From Leucoraja ocellata (Eukaryota): 64,000 bases of DNA. The stretch covers positions 62,001-126,000 of the forward strand of contig JAWMAR010000390.1 in NCBI GenBank assembly GCA_036785375.1, read 5' to 3'. The notes beneath the pieces are model-generated. The model saw nothing but the letters and a program-made list of their open reading frames with translations. It was not told the origin of the DNA and did no database searches. The position numbers were made by a program, and so were the translations under genes. Below, piece after piece: positions 12,501 to 24,500 of the stretch. Every line of letters begins with the position of its first letter. Positions within the stretch are counted from its first letter, which is position 1.

Positions 12501-15500
12501 AACTTATAGCTATGCCCTCTCGTGATGGACATTTCCACCCTGGAAAAAAGGTTCTGACTGTCTACCTTATCTATGCCTCTCATAAATGTGTATATTTCTA
12601 TCAAGTTCCCCCATCAACCTCCAACATTCCAGATAACCAATCCAGGTCTATCCAACTTCCTCCAGCTGAAATCCTTTAATCCAGTCAGCATTCTAGGAAT
12701 AGTGAACTTCAATGTAAAAAAACCAAGGATCCCCGATATTGGAAACGGACAGATAAGGCGAGGGTGTCGTATGGAATACATGCCTTCATTAGATGGGATT
12801 GAATATAAATGCAGGGAGGTTATGGTACAACTTCAGATAACATTGGTTCGGCCATAATTTACAATTTTGGCCACTACACTATCTAAAGGACACGAGTGTA
12901 GTGGAGATGCTGTAGAGAAGATACACAACGATGTGCCTGGGAGTTACGGTAGGTTTGTATTTGCTGGAGTAGAGGAGACATCATACAAAGTTAGGAGGAG
13001 AATCGATGTGTCAGATAGTGGGATTTTGTCGTCCCCATAGCAGAGGTATCTAAAACTAGTGGGCATAGACGTAGGGAAAGCGATAGGTGTTTTAGAGGGG
13101 ATTGGAGTATCTTTTTTCCCACCTGAGGTTACTTTGCATCTGAAACCCACTGTTTGAGACATTGGGTCCCAGGCATTTACGAAGTATCTAGATGAGCAGT
13201 GTAATCACAGAGGCATAAATGGCAATAGATAATATGCTGCAAAGGGCATTTGATGGCCTGCATGGGCACTGTCAGCTGAAAGGCGTATTTCTGTGCTGCA
13301 TGATAATTAAGCTACAAGTCACCTTCCACTTGAGTCAGCTGTACGGATCACAAAGATTAAACTAGTTCTTTCAGACCTGAAGCATTAATTTGTTTCTCTT
13401 TGCCCCATTACTACCCGATTTGCAACATTCCCAGCATTTCTCTCATTAGTTCCGATCTTAAGCATCAGCAGTTCTTTTGATTTTTATAAAAGTAGTTGTG
13501 TATTCACAAATCATTGTTTTCACTTAAAGTCAGTCAGCATTTTGGTCAATGAAGAGCAAGAAAACTGTGATTGTTGAACACATATCTACCTGACATCCCT
13601 ATTACTAAACTCCAGAATGCTTCAGCAACTAAATCAAAAGCATTCCGCCCAAAATTATTGGTTAAATGTGAAACGATCAAAAAGCAAACTAAAACACTTA
13701 TTCTAAAACTTACATAAAATATCAGTCAACAAATAGCGGAAAAGATATATCTGGACCCATTCTTATTTCTTCTCACCTTTACGGGCTTTTCATCTTTCAC
13801 TTCAGTGTCTTCCAGCATCTTTATCACTCCCAATCCTTTCAGGGTCCGACCAAAAACCACATGCTTGTTGTCCAGATGAGGAGTAGGCACAGTAATGATG
13901 AAAAACTGTGAACCATTGGTGTCTGCTCCAGCATTGGCCATGCTGAGCAGTCCTATTTGATCATGCTGCAGTAGTGAAAGGATAAATGAATTGCTTGCAA
14001 CACAAATACCTTCACTGAAGGCACAACTAAGATACAAGAAAACCATACAAATTGTAACTTTACATTTGCTACAGAGGGTGCGTACACCACGGAAGCAGAG
14101 TACAGAGCTAGTATATTTTGCCTTTAGTTTTTGTAAATTTGTTTATGTTATCTTTACTTGGTAATACGCTTCCCGAAGTACTATTCATTAAAGAGAGTAA
14201 AATATATATTCACTTGCAAAAATAGCCATTGAGAGCTCTTTTCATTATATCAATGCAGTTATATGCCACTAATTAGTAACATAAAAGAGCAAAAATTCTA
14301 AACTAAAGATATTGGAATTGTACAAGCAAAGTCTTGCAGAGCTTTGTACTCAATAGCGGTGCTAAAAAATGGGACATTGTCATATCATGTACAATTATGC
14401 AAGCGTGGTTAACAAGTGCAGTTAGGACTGAGTTGAGGAGAATTCTCTGCCGCAGAAGGCAGTGGAGGCCAATTCACTAGATGTTTTCAAGAGAGAGTTA
14501 GATTTTGCTCTTTGGGCTAACGGAATGAAGGGGAAAAGGCAGGAACGGGGTATTGATTTTGGATGATCAGCTATGATCACATTGAATGGCAGTGCAAGCA
14601 CAGAGGGCCCAGTGGCCTACTTCTACGCCTATGTTTCTATGCAGTAAAGTTTCCTCAACTCTGTCCAACAATGTCGTTCAGAGGCTAAAAACATCACATT
14701 TTACATAGTCTGGGAAAATCCTGCTGATAATAGACCATTTACATCCAGCCACTAGATATATTCACAACACTTATTTTTTTTGTTTAACCTGGTATTTAAA
14801 GTTTTCATCTTCAAATTTCTCGCCATAGATGCTTTCACCTCCAGTTCCATTTTGATTGGAAAAATCTCCTCCCTGAATCATGAACTTCTTTATAACTGAA
14901 AAGATTACAAATAATTACTCAAATGTTTTCATTCATTATTTGGTTATTAAAAAATATATATATTTTATTCAAAGTTAAAAGTAAAGATGATCACATCAAT
15001 TCCCAGTGGACAAGCGGAACAATTGACTTACTCCTGTGGAAGGGGCAGCCTTTGAAATGGAGAGGTTTTCCGGTAGTTGGTCCAATTCCCTTCTCTCCGG
15101 TGCACAATGCACGGAAGTTCTCAGCTGTTTTAGGACAAACATCTGCAAATAGCTCCAGAACTATCCGTCCAACTGCGAGAATAAAGATACTGAAGATTTC
15201 AGTTAAATGAACACGTGCTGTTTAAAACATTTGTTGCATTGAAATTATCATGAAAACAAACGCTGCAGCTGTCTACAAACAGCAGTTCACCCACTTGCCC
15301 TGCTAGCTTTCTCTAAATATTGTCATCAAAAATGATAGCCATCCAACCATGTTAGTTAACCCAAAACACAATGTTATTAACAATGTTGTTAATTAATTAA
15401 TCTTATTAATGATTACATCAATCTGCAAGGGTGAAAACTCAATGGTCAGAGTGGATTCCTTCTATTATCCATGTTTAAGGTGGAATTGCAGGACATTACA

Positions 15501-18500
15501 GATTTGATTCTTGTACATACCACAAACAAGTTTATGCGAGTTTAATTGTTACATATCAAAGCTTTTGCCGTGGTATCCACAACCTATTCCAGTTATGCCC
15601 CCTACAAATTATTGTGAGTTAAACCATGGCAAAAGCTACAACAGTCAAAAGTCAGCTTTCCCAAAGGGAGCAGATAGGTGAGGTTTTGAGTCAGGGCCCC
15701 TCTTCAAGCCAGTTCTCCTTTGCAGATGTTATATCCAGAAGGCACAGGTTTAAGGTAATGGGTAAAGGCAGGTTTTGAGGATTGTTTTTTCCCCAACCAG
15801 TTCAAATCTGGGATGCATTGCCCAAGGAGGCAGAGGAGACTGGTATTCTCATGGCATTTAAAAGCTTTTTTTATGCGATTACAAGCCAAGTGATGGGAAA
15901 AAAGGATTTGTACAGATAGGTCTTTGATGGCAGGCATGGACATAGTGAGCAGAAACGTTTATTTCCATGGTATGCGATTCAGTGGCCAATTTGTCCATTC
16001 CCCTTTACCCTGCAAATTCTTTATCTATAGGTATACTTTTCCTGCACCCTTTGTGGACATCATAAATGCATTGGTGATCATTTTCCAATGTTCTATACAT
16101 TCAGGATCAGTTCCTGTGGATTGGAGGGTAGCTAATGTTATCCCACTTTTTAAGAAAGGCGGGAGAGAGAAAACAGGGAACTATAGATCAGTTAGCCTGA
16201 CATTGGTGGTGGGGAAGATGCTGGAGTCAATTATAAAAGATGAAATAGCGGCACATTTGGATAGCATTAACAGGATCGGTCCGAGTCCGCATGGCTTTCC
16301 GAAGGGGAAATCATGCCTGACTAATCTTCTGGAATTTTTTGAGGATGTAACAAGGAAAATGAACAAGGGAGAGCCAGTGATTGTGGTGTACCTGGATTTT
16401 CAAAAATCCTTTGATAAGGTCCCACATAGGAGATTGATGGGCAAAATTAGAGCACATGGTATCAGGGGTAGGGTACTGACATGGATAGAAAATTGAAAAC
16501 AGACAGGAAACAAAGGGATTAACGGGTCCCTTTCAGAATGGCAGGCAGTGACTAGTGGGGTACTGCAAGGGTCGGTGCTGGGACTGCAGCTATTTACAAT
16601 ATACATTAATGAAGTGATTAAAAGTAACATTAGCAAATTTGCAGATGACACAAAGCTGGGTGGCAGTGTGAAATGTGAGGAGGATGCTTTGAGGATGCAG
16701 GATAACTTGGACAGATTGGGCGAGTGGGCAGGTGCATGGCAGATGCAGTTTAATGTGGATAAATGTGAGGTTATCCACTTTGGTGGCAAAAACAGGAAAG
16801 CAGATTATCATCTGAATGGTGTCAAATTGGTAAAAAGGTACAACGAGATCTGGGGGGTCCTTGTTCATCAATCACTGAAAGTAAGCATGCAGGTACAGCA
16901 GGCAGTGAAGAAAGCTAATGGCATGTTGTCCTTCATAACAAGAGTAGTTGAGTATAGGAGCAAAGAGGTGAAACGGTTAAATGCTTTTAAATGTATGAAG
17001 GATACATAGTGGAATGCTTAATTAGGTTGTGGCTTGTATTCCTTCTCAAGCAGGCTTTCTCCAGTGGAAGAGTGCCAGTTGGTGGGAGAGAGAGACAGGC
17101 CCGGGCTTGTCTCAGGTTGATGTATATTGAGACAATGACCGGTGCCGTTGAAATGTGTGTACCAATTGATAAGAGAGACAATCTCAGACTCGTCCTGTAG
17201 TGATGTATATTGGCTGCATCTTGTGACCATGACTAACATCTTTGGGATGTGATTAAGTGACACACAGTATAAAACACTGTGCAATTCTTTGTTCATTGAA
17301 GTGGTGGCGCGGAGAAGTCAAGCTTACTTGACTGGTGTACCCATGTCACTTCCGCCGGCTGATGATCAGTAAAGCTTGAGTTGGTTTACCTAACCTTTTT
17401 GTGAGTTGTCTGTTTTTAAGGTTGTGAACCTTATCAGAGGTCCTTCTACAGTTGTACAGGACCCTAGTGAGACCACACCTAGAGTATTGTGTGCAGTTTT
17501 GGTCTCCAAATTTGAGGAAGGACATTCTTGCTGTTGAGGGAGTGCAGCATAGGTTTACGAGGTTAATTTCTGGGATGGCGGGACTGTCATATGTTGATAG
17601 AATGGAGCGATTGGGCTAAACTCTGGAATTTAGAAGGATGAGAGGTGATCTTATTGAAACATAAGATTATTAAGGGATTGGACACGCTAGAGGCAGGAAA
17701 CATGTTCCCGATGTTGGGGGAGTCCAGAACCAGGGGCCACAGTTTAAAAATAAGGGGTTGGCCATTTAGAACGGAGATGTGGAAAAACGTTTTCACACAG
17801 AGAGTTGGGAATTTGTGGAATTCTCTGCCTCAGAAGGCAATGGAGGCCAATTCTCTGGATGCTTTCAAGAGAGTTTGATAGAGCTCTTAAAGATAACGGG
17901 GTCATGGGTTACGTGGAGAAGGCAAGAACGGGGTACTGATTGTGGATGATCAGCCATGATCACAGTGAATGGCGGTGCTGGCTCAAAGGGCTGAATGGCC
18001 TACTCCTGCACTTATTGTCTATTGAAACGATACAGGATGGATGCTCAGTAGATTGCTATTCCTACCTGAGGAATCACAATCTCAGCATGATGTAAGCTTC
18101 TTAATACTGAGATGAGGAGGAATTCCTTCACTCAGATAGTCAGATTCAGATTCAGATTCAATTTTAATTGTCATTGTCAGTGTACAGTACAGAGACAACG
18201 AAATGCATTTAGCATCTCCCTTGAAGAGCGACATAGCAAACGATTTGAATAAATAATAATAAGTGTCCGGGGGGGGGGGGGGGTGATTGGCAGTCACCGA
18301 GGTACGTTGTTGAGTAGAGTGACAGCCGCCGGAAAGAAGCTGTTCCTCGACCTGCTGGTTCGGCAATGGAGAGACCTGTAGCGCCTCCCGGATGGTAGGA
18401 GGGTAAACAGTCCATGGTTGGGTGAGAGCAGTCCTTGGCGATGCTGAGCGCCCTCCGCAGACAGCGCTTGCTTTGGACAGACTCAATGGAGGGGAGCGAG

Positions 18501-21500
18501 GAACCGGTGATGTGTTGGGCAATTTTCACCACCCTCTGCAATGCCTTCCGGTCGGAGACAGAGCAGTTGCCATACCATACTGTGATGCAGTTGGTAAGGA
18601 TGCTCTCGATGGTGCAGCGGTAGAAGTTCACCAGGATCTGAGGAGACAGATGGACCTTCTTCAGTCTCCTCAGGAAGAAGAGACGCTGATGAGCCTTCTT
18701 GATCAGAGTAGAGGTATTGTGGGTCCAAGAGAGGTCATCGGAGATGTTGACTCCCAGGAACCTGAAGCTAGAAACACATTCCACCTCCGTCCCGTTAATG
18801 TGGATGGGGGTGTGCGTGCCGCCTCTGGACTTCCTGAAGTCTACAATGAGCTCCTTGGTATCTTGGAGTTAAGGGCCAGGTTGTTGTCAGCGCACCATGC
18901 GCTGACAACAACCTGGTACCAGATCTTTGGAATTTTCACCGGAGAAGTCGTGGAAGATCAGTTTTCTGTTTTTTCCAAACAGAAATTGATAGATTTCTGA
19001 TATTAAGGTGGTCCAGGGATAGAAGGATAGTGCAGGAAATCTGTGATCTTAATGAATAGTAGAGCAACCCTGATGGACAGATGACTTACCTATCATTAAT
19101 ATATAGGCAATTTCAATTTTATATGATGCTGCCTAAGGATCAAATATAAAGCATGACATTTTGTTGGCACTATTGTCATTGTCAAGATGTTTTATTTGTA
19201 GTTAAGTTTAGCAGGAAACCAGGGCCTTGGGCCCAATGCTCATCATCAATCGCCTGTTCACACAGGTTCTACGTTTATCTCACTTTCTCATCCACTCCCC
19301 ACACAATAGGGACAATTTTATAGAGGTCAATTACAGGGCTTCCAACTTTGGGTGAGAGTTGAGAGTGAGAAATTCCGAGGGTGCGAAGTGACCGAGGGGG
19401 GTGGGGGGAGAGGGGAGGGGGGGGGGGGGGGGGGGAGTGGGGAGGAGGAGGGGGAGGGAGGAAGAGTCCCCCCTCCCATGGTAGTGAGCTTTTCCATTTT
19501 TCAGCTTGAAATTGTGCAATCTGGTGCATACTGTAGTGAGTCTTTTAACTTACACTTGAATGCAACATTTATGCTTCAAATTGGATTAGGTATGAAGGTT
19601 AGGCTAAATTACATTCCTAATTACATTCCACAGTAGAGCCAGGCTCTAATCAACAGGTGCAGCACAATAGATAATAATTCATGCTGTTATGCATATATAT
19701 ATATAGAGAAACAAAAACATAGAAACAAGGCAAGAGGAGTCAGACTTCCATTGCTGTTCTGCACAAATAAATCAATCAACCTTACCCATTGTGAAGAAAT
19801 AAGATGAAAATAATGCCATATTCAACCGTATATGGTTCAATGAAATTAAGATATATATGTATAACATATATATGGAAACAGGCCCTTCGGCCCACCAAGT
19901 CTACACCAACCAGCAATCTACCATACACCAGTTGTATCCTACACGCCAGGGCCAATTTACGGAAGCCAATTAACCTACAAACCTGCACTTCTTTCAGATG
20001 TGGGAGAAACCGGAATATCCAGAGAAAACCATGTGGTCATAAGAAGAATGTACAAATACTGTACAGACAGCACCCGTGGTCAGGATCCAATCTGGGTCTG
20101 TGGTGCTGCATGGCATCAAATCTACCGCTGCGCCACCCCATTAAATTATTTTTTCTGTAATATATTTATTATGGTCAATAAAGATGAACACATGATTCTG
20201 ATTTCTGCCCTTAGTTGGATAACACACATCTCCAGTCATTGTGTTTTATGGCTGGTTTTCAACCTCTTCAGTCCGACCCAAAACATCACCTATTCTTTCT
20301 CTCCAGAGATGCTGCCTGTCCTGCTGAGTCATTCCAGCTTTTAGTGTCTATCTTCAGTTTAAATCACCATCTGCAGTTCCTTCCCACACTCACACAGGAC
20401 CTATTCTCATAATATTATTCACCTCAACTAAGTTTTTTCTTCACCTCCGTTGCTGCAGAGAATACAATCCCAGTTATCAAATCTTTCTTCAAAGTGAAAA
20501 ACAAATTCCAGTCCTGCCAATATGTTCATAAATCACCCCTGGATCCTCTCCAGAGCTATTGCACCCTTTCTACAGTGTGTCATAGTCTTGCAGCACGGAA
20601 ACAGGCCCTTCATCCCAACTTGTCCATGTAGATCAAGATGCCCCATCTAAACTAGTCCCATTTGTCAGCATTCGGCCCATATCCCTTTAAACCTTGTGTG
20701 TGTGTGTTAGGTTGTGTGTGAGAGTGTGTGTCAGTGAAGCCGCGACAACACCCGGAGTGAGCGGAGACTTGGCGATGTCCGGACAGCATTTCCCTCTCTC
20801 CCCCCATCCCCGGGAATGCGGGCCGGACCAGGTGCCCTGTGTCCAGCTGGGGTCCGGGGAGGTGAGGGTCAGTGACCCGGGGGTCCGGGGAGGTGAAGGT
20901 CAGTGACCCGGGGGTCCGGGGAAGGTAAGGGTCGGTGACCCGGGGGTCCGGGGGAGGTGAGGGTCGGTGACCCCGGGGTCCGGGGGAGGTGAAGGTCAGT
21001 GACCCGGGGGTCCGGGGGAGGTGAAGGTCAGTGACCCGGGGGTCCGGGGAAGGTGAGGCTCAGTGACCCCAGGGGTCCAGGGGAGGTGAGGGTCGGTGAC
21101 CCGGGGGTCCGGGGAAGGTGAGGCTCAGTGACCCCAGGGGTCCAGGGGAGGTGAGGGTCGGTGACCCGGGGGTCAAGGGGAGGTGAGGGTCGGTGACCCG
21201 GGGGTCAAGGGGAGGTGAGGGTCAGTGACCCGGGGGTCCAGGGGAGGTGAGGGTCGGTGACCAGGGGTCAGGCATCGGAGCAAAGCTATAGCCCGAGATT
21301 CATCCCCGCGGCCCCGGAGGCAGCACCGACGCCCCAGCTCACCCGGTCCACTCCAGGCTCCAGGCCGGGGTTAAAACGCCATGTGGTGTGGACAGAGCGG
21401 GCGCCGGAGGTGAGGGTGGTAGGTGTGAGTGGTGCCTCGGGGGGTGGGGGTGGGGGGGTCGGTGCTGGGACCACCACCGTGTCTCACCGATCACACCATC

Positions 21501-24500
21501 TGCATGGGAATGTGCATGCAGGTGAGGCAACATCTATAGAGCGATAGACAAAAATGCTGGGGAAATGCTTGAGTCTAAAGAAGGGTCAAACTCAGTCATA
21601 GATAACAAGAGGATTTCATAACAAGAGGATTTCAGTATAGGAGTAAAGAGGTTCTGCAGTTCTGCAGTTGTATAGGTCTCTGGTGAGACCACATCTGGAG
21701 TATTGTGTCTAGTTTTGGTCTAATTTGAGGAAGGGCATCCTTGTGACTGAGGCAGTGCAGCGTAGGTTCATGAGATTGATCCCTGGGATGGTGGGACTGT
21801 CAAATGAGGAAAGATGGAAAAGACTAGGCTTGTATTCACTGGAGTTTAGAAGGATGAGGGGAGATCTTATAGAAACATATAAAATTATAAAAGGACTGGA
21901 CAAGCTAGATGCAGGAAAAATGTTCCCAATGTTGGGCGAGTCCAGAACCAGGGGCCACAGTCTTAGAATAAAGGGGAGGTCATTTAAGACTGAGGTGAGA
22001 AAAAACTTTTTCACCCAGAGAGTTGTGAATTTATGGAATTCTCTGCCACAGAGGGCAGTGGAGGCCCAGTCACAGGATGGATTTAAGAGAGAGTTAGATG
22101 GAGCTCTGGGGGCTAGTGGAAGCAAGGGATATGGGGAGAAGGCAGTCACGGGTTATTGATTGGGGACGATCAGCCATGATCACAATGAATGGCGGTGCTA
22201 GCTCGAAAGGCTGAATGGCCTCCTCCTGCACCTATTTTCTATGTTTCTATGTTTCTAGCTGCCTCACCCGCTGAGTTTCTCCAGCATTTTTTGTCTACAT
22301 TGCCATTTTAAATAGATGGGCTTAGGCCAATTAAATGCTCGTTCTTTACAGGAAACCCGCTGACAGAAAACTATTCTCATTGGTGAGTGTGGAGGAGTGT
22401 GGCTTTAGTTATTTATTTATATTAAAAAATATATTTTTTTGAGCGTGAGAACTTCTGTCATCAGCGTGAGAATTTCGTCAAATGCGCGAGTCTCACGCTC
22501 AATGTGTGAGAGTTGGCAGCCCTGCAATTAACCTACTAACCCACACATCTTTGGAATGTGAGAGGAAACCAGTGCACCCAGGGGAAATGTGTAGGAAGGA
22601 ACTACAGATGCTGGTTTACACTGAAGATAGACACCAAATGCTGGAGTAACTCAGCGGGACAGGCAACATCCCTGTATAGAAGGAATGGGTGATGTCTCGG
22701 TACGAGATCCTTCTTCAGACCCAGAGGAAATTCACGTTGTCACAAGGAGAGACTATAAAAGACAGCACCAGGAATGAACCTGGTTCTCAGGCACCAAGGC
22801 AGCAGCTTTATCAGCTGTGCCACTTAGGGTGCACACAATATCTCATCTGAAATATCGCTACATTTATGGAATGTCAGTCTAGATTTATGCCCAACCCTTT
22901 AAATGGGTTTGAGCAAGATTGCCACCATCAGAATCGCTAATGCTGTGTGGCTAAATATAATTCTGAAATATATATTTTAAATCTTGAAAACGCCAGTCTT
23001 TCTTTCAAAAAGTACGAAATACGAGTCAAACAGAACTAAATAAAAATGGTTAGGAAGAAACTGCCGATGCTGGCTAACGTCAAACACAGACACAAAATGC
23101 TGGAGTAACTCAGCAGGTCAGGCAGCATCTCTGGAGAAAAAGTGCGTTTCGGGCCAAGGTCCTTCTTCAGATCATGAGTCGGGGGAGATGGAAACTTGAG
23201 GTAAGAAAAGGTACAGAACAAATCACAGCTGACATTTTTAACTTCCCTCTCCATTCCCATAATGGCAAGTCTGTCCTGGTCCTCCTCCATTGAGGTCACA
23301 TGTAAATTGGAGGAACAGCACCTCATATTTTGCTTGGGTGCTTGCAACCCAGCGGTATGAATACTGATTTCTCTAATTTCAAGTAACCCTTGCATTCCCA
23401 CTCTTTCACTCCCTCCCCCACCCTGATCATCCTGTTCATCGCACTGTTCATATCCCTTCGTTACCTCCTCCTCCACAGTCAACAATAGACCATTGTTGGC
23501 TCCTTGGCCATCGGTGCCGCCTCCGATTTGTTCTGTCCCTTTTCATATTTCTAGTTTCCCTCTCCCTCTCAGTCTGAAGAAGGGTCTCGACCCGAAACAT
23601 CACCTCTTCCTCTTCTCCAGCATTTTGTGCCTCTCTTTAAATAAAAATGGTTCCCTTCCAGTAAAATTGCTCGCCTTAAAAAGGATTCAACAACAGTGAG
23701 ACTTAGACTTTAGAGATACAGCGCGCAAACAGGCCCTTCTGCCGACCGAGTCCGTGTCGACCAGTGATTACCCCGTACGCTATCACTTTCCTACACATGG
23801 GACAATTTCCAATTTTTTTACGGAAGTGGATTAACCTACAAGCCTGGACGTCTTTGGGGTATGGGAGGAAACTACAGCACCCAAAGAAAACTCACACGGT
23901 TATAGGGAGAATATATAAACTCCGTACAGACAGCAACCATAGTCAGGATCAAGTATGGGTCTCTGCACTGTAAAGCCCCTGTCCCAATTAGGAAACCTGA
24001 ACGGAAACCTCTGGAGACTTTGCGCCCCACCCAAGGTTTCCGTGCGGTTCCCGGAGGTTGCAGGTGGTTGCCGGAGGTTGCAGGTAGTGGAAGCAGGTAG
24101 GGAGACTGACAAAATGCTCTGGGAACCTAAGGGAACCGCACGGAAACCTTGGGTGGCGCGCAAAGTCTCCAGAGGTTTCCGTTCAGGTTTCCTAAGTTGG
24201 ACAGGGGCATTAGGCAGCAACTCTACCGCTGTACCACCCCCATTTTTCTGCACAGAAGAGGCACATGAGACTTAAGAAATGCAACAATCAATAGGACTTT
24301 TGGGCTATCAAGATTATTCCAGCATTCAGTGAGACAATGGTTCTTGTACTAATGCAAGCACAATCCTGCTTTTTACACGGGCAACTCAAATATATTCACT
24401 CAGCCTTCAATGATTTGACTGGTTATCATTTTCTAATACAATGCAATCTGTTATTATTCATCTTAAACAATGATCACAGTACATGTACTTTTAAGCAGTA

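Larger units (their letters stand above)
19334..22524. mobile_element. hAT-like TIR element of 3.2 kb with internal cargo, inserted in a SINE
   Basis: TIRs CAGGGCTTCCAACT / AGTTGGCAGCCCTG, subterminal GTGAGA repeats at both ends, 6-bp TSD CAATTA; the host SINE halves (19222-19333, 22525-22825) join seamlessly. Confidence 0.75.

Noticed and set aside
18422-19000. 192-aa plus-strand ORF
   Set aside because: Antisense shadow of the Rex1/Babar RT ORF.
20850-21270. Regular ~30-bp repeats (also 30448-30662, 34735-35165) as CRISPR arrays
   Set aside because: No unique spacers, no cas genes, eukaryotic context; these are minisatellites.
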